Shown piece after piece: positions 40,477 through 51,943 of a stretch of 64,000 bases of DNA. A program made the translations under genes and the position numbers. Origin of the DNA: Balanoglossus misakiensis. Lineage: Eukaryota > Animalia > Hemichordata. Every line of letters starts with the position of its first letter. Position 1 is the first letter of the stretch. The stretch is taken from NCBI GenBank assembly GCA_040954595.2, contig CM082585.2, positions 5,729,808-5,793,807 of the forward strand. Direction: 5' to 3'. Below the pieces are notes generated by a model. It was not told where the DNA came from. It made no database searches and was given only the letters and a program-made list of their open reading frames with translations.

Positions 40477-43400
40477 ACCGACGAAATGTCAAACGTCACG
40501 ATTCTGTTTAGTCTAAACGAATCACTTTAATAGGGCAGGGATGAAAAGTAATGAACCGAAAAGAACCAGTAACCGTTTTCATCTCCATCAGACGAACTTT
40601 TCCTCGTCTAAAAGTCATTAGTCAGTCGAAGAGTACCTTTGATGATATCTATCAGCGCTGTATCATACATGAACAACCGCGAATGACACACGAATGAATA
40701 GCTTAGTGGTGGCGCACGACATTCTATTGTTCAGACGCCATATTGGAATTTACTTACTTTACGGCGCCATGTTGGAATCTACTTTACTAACAAAAACCTT
40801 GATTGAAGGAGAACGTCGATTAAGATATTACATCACCTTAACTGACATTTTACAATCAGGGTGGCTGACAGTTAACGTGTCCTTGAATCTGTAGTATTGG
40901 GCGAGCTTCCAATTTCTTAGCAGAAGATAACATTTATGCCATTATCGCCGACAACGTTTCTTGTATATGTAGGGAATGGCTTATTAGACAACGTTGCTGG
41001 AAGAAGAAATAGGTTTATTAATTTTCTCTCTTGTCACAGTTTATGTAACAGAGAAATATCTACCATAGACATTGGATATGATAGAAAAACAGTCTCTGAG
41101 GCCGGGCGTTGGTTTGATTGACGAGAACATTCGGTTTCCATCTCTTTCATTTAGCAGTGGATCAACATCGTGACTGCTACCCCATTTTCTCATTCGCTCG
41201 GCCAGAACGCACTCATTCCATTTAAACATGGCATTTAAGAAACTCATATAAACCGCCGCGCCGAGCCCTGTGCCCCCACCACTAAGGCTGAATACAGATC
41301 CACCATTTTTACGGCGAAAATGTTCTTTAACAGGATTTTGTCGCCACAGTCGTGACAAACAACACCCACCCGCACGCTGGATCATATGTCAGCGGATCGT
41401 GTTAATGTCCACACGCTTAGCGGAAAGTGATGGATCAGCATATTTCTCTGTACGTGATGTGTTGTCTGGCGACTGCATAACTACAGTTTGTATTGCAATA
41501 TTCTGTTTCACGACTCCGAGGACCATGAAGGTCCAAAAACCAACACGTCACCTGAGTATGTTAAAGGTATACGGTCACTTATGAAAATTCAGCCTCATAT
41601 GGTAAATTAAAATATAGCCCACCACAGATTTTTGTGAAATTGAAATAATAAATGAAATATAGATCATCACATCAGAATTATTTTGCCCCATCTGCTTCGC
41701 GTTTATTTTTTTGCAGAATCTGTTGATTCATAGTTTCAAAAAGATGGTGGAAAATGATGGAAATTCCGGATACAAATCAACCAAGTATTGTTTGTACGTG
41801 TATTTGCCTTCTTCGGTCGTATAAACTTAAAAGCTGCTATTCTCTGTCACTTTTCCATGCATCAAACTTGCATCTGTTTCCGTTAATGTCGTCCATCCTT
41901 CAGCATCTTTCTAATAAAGTATCAATATATCTCTATCTATCTCGTGCGTTTCCATCTCAGGATCCGCGGCATCTGACCGTATCAAGCAGTCACATAACAA
42001 TCTTCACATCCATTAATTCCCCCCGTGCGCATAACAACGATGGCACCTGCTTTTATGACGCACAAAAAGGTTCGCCGTGTTTTCCATTTGATTGTTTGAA
42101 CCATAAAACAGTATGCAGAGCTCGGTAGGTGCCGATGCTCGCCACTGGAATAAACTACACGTACTTGATTTCGTCTTGGAAAATGAGGAAATGCACTTTG
42201 TGTTAAAACTGGTGCCAAATAAATGCTTGCATTATATGCACCATGTAAGGAACGAACACGTTATAATGTGTGCTTCCGCGGCGTTGTTCCAAGGTTGTCT
42301 CTTACATTCGTTACGGTTGAACGCCGACGAATGTAAAATATCCGAACAGCTGAAAATACTTTCCCTTGTAGTTAAGGTGACAACCGCAGTAGCAATTGGG
42401 TAAACATATCAAGTCGTTGACATTACGAATAAACACGTACATCATCGCACAGTTGACGTTTCTGTTAGGATTTATTGGGAAAAAACTGTTTCTAGAAGAA
42501 CTGTAAATTTGAGTCCGTGTGTCGGTTCATCAGAAGACACATTGCCTTGTTACACTGTATGCATGAGTGCGGTTGTCTTTGGTTGCCATGGGAGACACGA
42601 CAGGATCCAAAGCTTGGCTCCCTTGATGCTGAATCGAAGTCACATGTTCATGCAGATACGAAACTGACAATATTACCACTTTTCGAATAAAATATTACTG
42701 GGAAATATGGTTGACAAAACGTTAACATTTTGTTTAGCATCGTCGATTTAGTGAAATGTGGGTTTTTCGTCTTTTGAACCCGCGTATCATATTCATCACC
42801 ATGGTTTGAGGGTTTTTACGATTGACTATGCATCGCCTCGCCTCATAACACACGTGCACATCTGCTGCACTTAATAATCTAACATGTGTGTACAGAGTTT
42901 ATAATACGAAAATCAGAGCACGTATTGTGAACACAGAGTTACAGCCCATTAACGAGAATACGAAGGAGCAATTTGGAAAACTCGGCTATGTCGAATTCGT
43001 TAGGCATGAAACACTCGATTCTAACTCTCTGAATATTTGTTAGATGTTTTAGCAACAGAGCTGAGATGGCCGGCCCAACTAGTGATAACGTGTGCGTGTT
43101 TTGTTTTGTTTTGGGGCAGAAATGACCACCTGGACATTACTAAATATAACCAGTAAGTTCGTGCTAAAACAAAAGTCACTGGATATTAAATACTACTAAA
43201 AGACATCGAATAAGAGAATATTTTATTTCAAATCCTGATCGATTTAAAATCTGAACATCGTAGAAAGTGTATCAGCTGATGAAAGCAATGCCTTGATTTA
43301 CGACATATCAAAATTTATGGTTGGATTTACGGCACAGCAGCCAGATCGGATTTCTTCAATGTCAAAGAAGGAGAAAAAGCGTAAAATATCGCAGAATTTG

Positions 43401-43689
43401 CCTCGGGTGAAACATGTTCCCTAGCAACGCTGCCTCGAAGTGTAGGCATTCAAAATGTGAAGTTGCAAAACATCGCGTACTTTCACATCTTGTAATATGC
43501 AAATTAGGAATATGGTCTTGCCGCAAAATGTAAATTGTCTCTGAAATCTGTGAAAAGCGTCGATTATTTTTTGGCTTTTTTCTACGCTTTCTGTTAGCCT
43601 GAACACATGTTTCCGACAAGCAGCGATAGTAACAAGTGCATTCGGAATTTCGCAAGCTGTCTGGTTCATAGAATCTTGAGTTGAATCAT

Positions 43690-45342
43690 TCAGTCTGTTG
43701 TTTTGATGTGACTGCTTGTGCCGCTACTAAATTGTGTCTCCAGTTTCCTCATTTCCCGTTCCAATTCGCGAAATCTCTTGGATTTCGCCTTCAGGCGCTT
43801 ACCCCGTTCCCTACGGACGCTGCCTCTCCTCAGATTGGTCTCCGACCGAACCCAGGCGCTGCGCGTGCGTTTGCAGCTGGGCTCCGCGGCGTCCTGGCCG
43901 CTCCCGGTCCCTCGGCTGTGCGTCGGCAGCAGAATCTCCGATAGCTGCTTCCTCAACACGCCGCGCTCTTTCCCGCTTTCCCGCGTTCCCCGACACAGCT
44001 CGGAATTGGTGCTCGATTCACCGACGGACGAGCAAGTGTAGTTCGCTAGGAGGCTCTCGGTCGGGGTGTGGCGACTGATGACGTGGCTGAACTGCCCAAA
44101 AATATCTGAATTCAACGACGCCTCCCCATCTCTCTGCTCAGCCTCGTCCTGCTGCTGCGCTGGCGGGGACTTCAAAGCGTTAGTATTATTTCTCCTTTCT
44201 TGGGTTATTTTGTCGGTCGAGTTCTTTCCGCAAGCTATCTCTTTCAAACGCCTGCGAAAATTTGTATTTATGTAGCTGTATATCCCAGCGTTCACGAGGG
44301 AATTGAAGTAAATCATCCAAGAAAACAAGCGGGTCAAATTCAGGCGGGAAAGCGCCACGTCTACATTTAATCCAGCGATTGTCATGGCCGCCGTCAACAG
44401 GTGGTAGGGCGTGACGAGTAAAATCAAGACGGTCAAGATGAGCAATATGGCCCTTGTGAGTCGTTTCTCCAGCGAGATGTTCGCAGAGGGTCGAGCGGAC
44501 GGCGCTTGCGAGGCAGCCTCCAGGTTATGGGTGTCCGTGTTTTGGGTCAGGTTCAAGTTGTGTCCGGAAATGGCAAAGACGCGCGGGCTTGGAGACGGCG
44601 GCGGGCCAATATGGCGGACCTTGGGGTCGTTCACGTGCCACTCTGCTATCCGTCTCGAGCGGAGACGAGCTGTTCGGAAAATCTTCAAGTTCGTGAACAG
44701 AATTACTGTCAGGGGGAGGGAGAAATCGATGATGAATAATATAACAGTCACCTCCTTATTTCGTCCTTCGCCAAGATCAAGAAAACAAGCGCGCAAACCA
44801 CTGTTGTACCTGTACCTGGCGTTTGTAGCAAACGGAATCGCCGCGCAGAATAGTCCGTATGACCACGCAAACAGAATCATGAAAAACGCACGGCGCGGCT
44901 TGACAAGCGACTTGTACTTAATAGGCTGTAAAACACAGATGTAGCGATCGATACTTATAACAACTATGTTTGACAGCGTCGTGGTGAATAGGGTCACCGA
45001 CAGGTAGCCATGGAAGTCGCAAGACACGTCTCCCGTGTGGCCGGTGTTTGCAAGGAAGATAACGAGGTTGGACGGCAGCAACAGAACTCCTATGCACAGA
45101 TCCGAGACAGCCAAGCTGAGAGCAAAGTACGGCGCTACAACTCGCTTAGCCTTCGAAATCTGGACCTTTATCAGGGCGATAATCGTCAGGAGATTTGCAA
45201 CAATTATCATCGGCATCGTTATTCCGAGCGTGCACGCGTAGACCAACCCGCCCACATCCAGCTGGCTGGAGTACGCGTCCAACAGCAACGTGGTGTTGTT
45301 CCCGGCACTGCTGAAATTTTGCTGCAGCGGTACAAAGCCCAT
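43690..45342 (-). CDS. Orphan class A (rhodopsin-like) GPCR, coding region without introns, 550 aa
   Basis: Seven hydrophobic segments. N-glycosylation sites NFS and NNT in the N-terminus, LAVSD in TM2, C3.25 and IDRY in TM3, W in TM4, an ECL2 Cys, TPY in TM6, NAGIY in TM7, and helix 8 NFRRRL. Good start context (AAT ATG G). There is no D3.32 (so not aminergic) and no TM7 Lys (so not an opsin). It loosely resembles the GPR161/GPR101 group. Confidence 0.9.
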   Translation of the reverse strand: MGFVPLQQNFSSAGNNTTLLLDAYSSQLDVGGLVYACTLGITMPMIIVANLLTIIALIKVQISKAKRVVAPYFALSLAVSDLCIGVLLLPSNLVIFLANTGHTGDVSCDFHGYLSVTLFTTTLSNIVVISIDRYICVLQPIKYKSLVKPRRAFFMILFAWSYGLFCAAIPFATNARYRYNSGLRACFLDLGEGRNKEVTVILFIIDFSLPLTVILFTNLKIFRTARLRSRRIAEWHVNDPKVRHIGPPPSPSPRVFAISGHNLNLTQNTDTHNLEAASQAPSARPSANISLEKRLTRAILLILTVLILLVTPYHLLTAAMTIAGLNVDVALSRLNLTRLFSWMIYFNSLVNAGIYSYINTNFRRRLKEIACGKNSTDKITQERRNNTNALKSPPAQQQDEAEQRDGEASLNSDIFGQFSHVISRHTPTESLLANYTCSSVGESSTNSELCRGTRESGKERGVLRKQLSEILLPTHSRGTGSGQDAAEPSCKRTRSAWVRSETNLRRGSVRRERGKRLKAKSKRFRELEREMRKLETQFSSGTSSHIKTTD

Positions 45343-47256
45343 ATTTCCAATCGTCCCGAATCATCCAACGCGTTAATTCCTCCACTGAGCTGCATTGACG
45401 CCACGCTCAGTCTTGTAAGGTGTACCACACGCGGCCACGTCTGAGGTTTTCAGGCGACGAGCCAGCATGTGCAGTAACCCTATATGGCTGTTCATTCATA
45501 TTTGATGAGCTGGATGAGCATCGGCTCCGTGACGACAGCGCAGTACAATCTTTATCCGCGCAAAGCTCATAGCCGCGGGGCGAAATCATTACCAGCACTG
45601 CAGTCGGCGATTCATCCCAATGAAATGCATACTGCTTGTCGATATTTACTTTGATTTATGGCGAAACACTCGGACGGATTTTCCCGACGTTAGCAGAATC
45701 GTGTCTCGTTACAAAGGGCTTATGCATATTTGAGGTGGCTTTCCCGTCTACTTGCCGGTAATGTCACATTTCCGTCGAAAATCTGTGAAGCAGACGGATA
45801 TTTGTGACATATGCGCAGTACGCTCACAGCCAAAATGTTTCATAAATAAAAAACTCACTATATACTAGTATTGCTCCTGTACATATGCATGAAAAATGTA
45901 TGGGAAATTATCGACGCTGGAATAAAATTTGAGTAAACATACTACTTCACATGTTCGTGTATTATTTATTCAAATTCAAATACGATGGCAACGGTCGTCA
46001 CATTCTACAGGGTGCGCGGGCATACGTTGGTTCCGTAGTTAACAATATCCAAATGTACATCGATGAAGTCAATAACAAACAAACAATTAACCGAGTCGAT
46101 CCCGCGACCATTTTATATAGCTGACGTTAAGATTGTCATCTATGATTTGAACTTTAAAGAATCATTTTTCACTTTCGTACTGTGTTCCTGCGGTTATACG
46201 TTTGATGGGAGAAAGGCAACAATGAAAACTCTAGACGATACTGTCAGCTCACATGAAAACAAAAGATTAATTATGTATGATTTATTTGCACTGTCTACGA
46301 TAATGTGAAAGTACAGCCTGGCTTTCTCTGTCACTCGAAATATTGTTCACAGTGTACGTTAACACTCAAAGAATACACGTCAGTGCTATCGGGTTTATGT
46401 AAAAAGTTCTCGCTAGACTTGTGGTCAATTGTGCCTAACATCGCTAGATGACCAATGGCCTCTGCAAGCTATAATGGTATAATTTTTCTTTTCTGTGTTT
46501 CTGCTATAATATTTCACAATTATTAATTGTAGAAAAAATACCCAAACAACATATATCAATCGCTATCATTTAACTTTGGCAATTGACCGTAATCTCACGA
46601 GACTTCTGCGATGCATGGACGAACGTAAACTGACAGCAGGAAAATATGTTAGGCCAAAAAATTATATGTTTAATATATGATTACATGGATTTCAAAAATA
46701 AGGTAGGTAGGTAGGGACATTTTTTTTTGCATGTGATATTTTTGCAACATCTTTAAATATAGAAATTAATTATAACAGTTGCCAGAGAATAAACAAAGAA
46801 AAAAAAAGAAAAAAAAAAGAAGTTAAACTTTCAATGTTTGGCATTACCTTAAATATTCACAGAAAAGTACCGTGTACCCCAACACATACTCTGATTCAAG
46901 TATGGCACTACGTCCCTGGTTACTATAGAAACAAACGCGTATATTTCGAACAATTAAGCGATTTCCTCGCGCGCCAGTATCCTCTTTGCTGAATCTTGAA
47001 ACCCTTATAACCTCTTTCGTTTAAGACTGAATTCTCTGTGGTGAAATAATTCCCCGCCATAGATCACCAGGGTAACAAGATCTAATTTGTCAATGATATG
47101 CAGGTGTAGTCTGTCGAAAACAAGGTCGAATAGAGAGTGCAATTTTCCCGGCCACATCAATCATATGTCTTCTGCAAGGAAAACCTCATTTTTTATTTTG
47201 CCTTCTCCAATATTTAAAAAAATTCAACTTCATGGATTTTGACGTCAATAAAGATC

Positions 47257-47399
<143 letters not shown>

Positions 47400-48299
47400 T
47401 TATGTGGGAAGCTTTTATAATACCAGTATAATCAAGGGAATGCGTCGTCAGACAGAAAATTACCTCGGCTTGATTGTAAAGGTCCACAGTTTATCGCATG
47501 GGTTTCCACAGAAACAGAGATTTTTTATCTTCCCAGGAAAAAAAAATAAGAGCACCTCTGGCGTTCACTTAGAGCACAGAATCTCTGTCTGGAAATCGAA
47601 TTTACAAATTACTTTGTGAAATTTGTTTTTGCCTGTAATGTCCATTTCGTATGTTCTGTGCCGCTGTTAACTGCCGCTAATAAGTAATGTGCTTGCATTA
47701 AATTAATTAGAAATTGCATAAGACTATGATCACAGAAAATACTTTTCATTTACTTAAAGTTTAATCTCTTTACCGCAAACAATTGTAGTGAAAATTGTTC
47801 CGACCTATAAAAACATATCGAGTTTAGCGGGGGTTCGAAGAGTCCGTCGCTCCGGGGTGTTGACGTAATCGCTTAGATACTCCCCTGAAAACATGCATGA
47901 CCTCTTTTTCGCGGATATATAATCCGAAATTGAACCGCGCTTCAGTTGCTACCGACACTGAAACCTTACAGATTGAGAAGACGTCGGCAAACGAGTTGGT
48001 TCTTTGAAAGAAATGTAGGTCGTGGTGTGCCGCAAAAAAGAGGACAATCATTCCAAGGTTCATAACCTTTCCAAAGGGCGACCTTTTTCTCTGTTTTCGC
48101 TGGCCCGCGGAAGAAATAAAACAACGAGAAAACATATTCTTCGATTTTAGGGTTTCTAATCAAGATATGAAGTACATGTAGCTATTTACTTTGAAAGACG
48201 AGAAACACAGGATAAAACGCAGTTTGTTTTATACTATGGTAATATTTAAATTGGAAGTCGATCTTTTCAACGGACCAACGACGTCTCCATATATTTGAG

Positions 48300-48696
48300 A
48301 TGCCATCCGTACGCGTGTACCCAACGCGCTTATTACCATAGAGATAATTTTCGCGCAAAATACCTCCCTCTAGGTATTTTCTCGATCATCAGAGCTGCAA
48401 GTAAGTAGCACGTTTAAAAAGAAAGAGTCTCTGTTAAAGAGATTAGATACGTGCGTTCAAGCAACTCGATAAAAACAAATCGTGCAAATAGAAAGTGGGC
48501 GATGGTGAGGGCGTGCTACACATGGCGTCGAATATCTCCGTCGCGATCGCGTGCGCGTCGTCCAAGTGAGAGTTCAGCTGACGCGCGCGTGACAGGAACC
48601 GGCGCGCAACCCGGTGGATGCTGCGTGTACGTGACGTGGGACGACGTTACCGGAAGACTTGAAGATCTTCCCAAAGAGGGGGTTTCGAAGGTAGGA
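48300..48696 (+). promoter_or_regulatory. CpG-rich candidate promoter and non-coding first exon of ABCC5, possibly bidirectional
   Basis: Dense CGCG tracts, TGACGT motifs and an ETS-like CCGGAAG (about 48650), followed by a donor AAG|GTAGGA at 48690/48691. The ABCC5 ATG exon is preceded by an acceptor, which implies an upstream exon. Confidence 0.45.
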
Positions 48697-50257
48697 TTTA
48701 CAGGGGGTCGACCCGATTAACATGATACCGTTTCACTCTTCTGCTGGGTCAATACGTAGAGCCGATCGGCACTGACGTTACACAATAATGTATGCTAATG
48801 CTAATAGAGCCTTTAATAATGGCTACGCGCTTTCTTTCATCGATTCAATTATTGCGAAATTTCACGGTATATCCGATAACGTGAACCAAATCTAGTAAGT
48901 GGGGGCTGTGTGGGGATGTTTAAGGGTGAATTATGGAAGATTTCAAACTCAGGGGAGGGCGATAATATAGCCCTGACCCAAGATCGCGCGACCAGATCAA
49001 GGTTAAGTCTGCAGCGATAGCGAACTCGACTTGTGTATATGTGGTGAAAGTTCATCGTCCGCTGTCACGTACAGGCGATCACCTCGCGTGATGTTGTAAT
49101 TTTCGAGCAGAGAGGAAATCGACAAATCGGCCCACTAAGGCGATGATCACCCCTCCCCCTTTTCGTATTGACAAGTGTGAATTGACACTTAGTGTTGATA
49201 AACTGGGGCGTGCGAGTGTTATGTGTTTACAGGCCGATGTGCGTTCTTGCGAGTGCGACGACCTTTTTTTATTACACACACACCTTGATTCTGCAGTAAT
49301 GTGTGTTTTTGGGGTCGGGGGTCGTGAGAGACAGTGACTCAGCTTCGTGATATTGGGGAAGTCAACCAACCCCCACCAGTTCGGTCAGGTGTCTTTGACC
49401 AATGTATGAAGAAAGCTTTATAATGAAAATGTTTCCGGGGGGGGGGGGGGGGGGGGGGGGCTCAGGGTCAGGTTGCCCTGCAAATTCTGTAGTCTGGATT
49501 GTTGACAGTTATTTCTCTTCAATTGGGACTGTAGACGTAAATGAATTAATGAACTTAATGACATGTATAGAAAAGCACCGACGACAGGGCTGACAGCCCC
49601 CCCCCCCCTACTGATTATCCCAGAACAAAAAGGGAATCAATCCATAACTTGCTGTGAATAAAAATGAGTCCCATGGTTCACCCTGGCTATCACGATGTAA
49701 CCCAACAACAACAGTACTAGTGGTACCGGGTAAATTTATTGGAAATATTAAAAATCAACAAAATAATGAGAATAACAATTAAAAACGATAATTATTTTAT
49801 AGCAGTTTACTTAAGTGGACAATGTGTTAAAAACTCACAGCTGCAGTGTGTTGACTTGTATACCAGCAAGTTTGGTAGTAAAAGTTAATACCATATTGTG
49901 ATTACGAAAAGCCTATTGCTGGTACAGCTATAGGGCTCATGCTATAATTAGGGAACATGTCTGTACAATTGTCATGATGCTACCAAGTTTTAAGTGTTTT
50001 TCACTGCAAGCATGCAGAGTTATTGAATGGTCTTGCTAGTGACCTCAGTGAACATAATCTATTTGTTGTGCAACCTTACTCTAAACTCGATTATGTTTGT
50101 GTAGAGCGTATTTTGATGCCTGCATGCCATTGTCAGTTGCAGTGGACGGACCACTGGAAATAATGACCCATTATACTGGTATTAGCACGGTGTGTCGTAT
50201 CTTTGCACAAGGATGATTGCTAGTGAGTGGTCCATTCACAGACATTGACAGCTACCT

Positions 50258-50355
50258 TTAACACTTTCACCCCCCCCCCCCCCCTAGTATAAGAGGTCCA
50301 CCTTTACTGTACAAAACAATAGATTTGGACCAAACCACAGTGGTGAAAGGGTTAA
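50258..50355. mobile_element. About 90-bp piggyBac-like MITE, copy 1
   Basis: TTAA-CACTTTCACC...GGTGAAAGGG-TTAA. The internal sequence (agaggtcca, acaat.gatttggac) is shared with the copies at 61901 and 63022. Confidence 0.7.
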
Positions 50356-50636
50356 AAACACTAGCAGACGTGATTCTTTTTCAGGAAAAAGATGGACACG
50401 TTCATAGAAATCAGCAAGCAGGATCCCCAAGCCAAAAGAAGGCTTTCTATTTCAAAAACTGAACAATTGTTCTGAGGAACCTCGATAGTTGATGCTTTTT
50501 ATAGAAACAGTCTTGTTATATGTACATGTATTTGGTGCAATTCAAGGTCCCAATTTCCATTGTGTTAGATGTGTTATTGGGGTCATTGGATTCTTTGACA
50601 CTGCAACGGGTCGTTGAAATTCTTTTAGTTTTACAT

Positions 50637-50889
50637 CAGTGTTCCATCCAGGATGGTATCAACAGGGAGGATATGTCCCCCTTTGCCTGAATATTTGGGA
50701 GGGGGGGGGGGTTTGGATTCCACTCTGGCAAGGGGGGGGGGGACTGTAATATCTCCAATGTGTGAGTGAGATCATTTTAAGGGGCACTGGTCACCCCTTG
50801 GCAAATTGCTAAAGGGGGGGGGGCAAGATGTCAACATGGGGTGATTCCGCCCCCCCCCCCCCCTCCCCTCCGTCCTAGATGAAACACTG
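50637..50889. mobile_element. hAT-like MITE with poly-G/poly-C tracts
   Basis: Imperfect 20-bp TIR CAGTGTTCCATCCAGGATGG / CCGTCCTAGATGAAACACTG, with TTACAT on both flanks. Confidence 0.7.
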
Positions 50890-51846
50890 TTACATTACAT
50901 CAAGCGAAGGAAAAGACTTTTTGGGGGATCACAGTAATGCAACACTACTGGTAGGAGATAACTTTGGGAAAATAGAATATGTGGTGAAATGTCATCAAGT
51001 GACTGACATTTTATGAGCTGATTGGGTGATGGATTCATTGATCGACAACAAACAAACAAACAAAACAGATCAGTCACTTAAGCTATCAGAATGTTGTAAA
51101 TTCATAAATCAGTGTTTGAAATATGGCCATCATCCTCTAACTTGAGAGACAGACCCTTTCAGGAATTATATTGTCAATTATCAAAGCTCTAACCCCCCTT
51201 CAAAAGTTTGTATTTTCTGAAAGCCAAGATATAGGCAAACACATATGCACTGTAAACAACTACCAATTATTCATACAGTGGTCACATGACTTGTAAATTA
51301 TCTTGGACTTTCAAAAAATCGGTTACTACCCCCATTTTGCAAAAACGCTGCATGTTTCAAGTTAAAATCTCTGCCTGGACAACTCTCAGAAACATATCCT
51401 TGTTTGCTATGGATTTAATAAAAAGTAGTGCAGAATTTCATTTGTTTAATGTTTAACTGTTATATAATAAACACTTTCTTGGATGCAAATGGGTATTGCA
51501 TCATTGTAACCAAACTGTATATATGCATGTTCACTACCCCTAATTCTCTGCGATACCACGCTCTTTCGAAATGGGCAGTTTTAGATGATTAGGTCATATA
51601 CTAATTTTACTGCCACTTTGTACACACATAATGGTGTTGGTCATAAATCGTTTCTGATATGAATCACACAGTCAACACCGGATACTGTGACTTCTCACCA
51701 CATCTTGTGAACTTTTACCAGAAATAATTTCAGGTGTTGAGAAATTTTATTTTCACTATATTAATTAAACTATTTAGGAGACTCGCTTCTTATTCAGGCT
51801 GGTCACATGACCCAAGCTACAAAATTTATTAGATTTATTAATTAGA

Positions 51847-51943
51847 TTAAAGTGAAGGGGTCTTAGCACCGCGTTTGTTTGTTTATAAACATAACAATTT
51901 ATCCACAAATCCCTGAAATTAGATAACGACCCATTCCCTTTAA
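51847..51943. mobile_element. Possible short TTAA-flanked (Kolobok-like) MITE
   Basis: TTAAAGTGAAGGGGTC ... GACCCATTCCCTTTAA form imperfect inverted ends. Confidence 0.4.

Noticed and set aside
43690-45342. Opsin or biogenic-amine receptor assignment
   Set aside because: There is no retinal-binding Lys in TM7, and position 3.32 is Ser rather than Asp.
44411-45444. Antisense ORFs over the GPCR (and over the LINE at 37472-38405)
   Set aside because: These are shadow ORFs of real coding sequence with no independent protein features.
47755-48450. TIR element suggested by an 11-bp inverted match (TAATCTCTTTA)
   Set aside because: The match is too short and there is no TSD.
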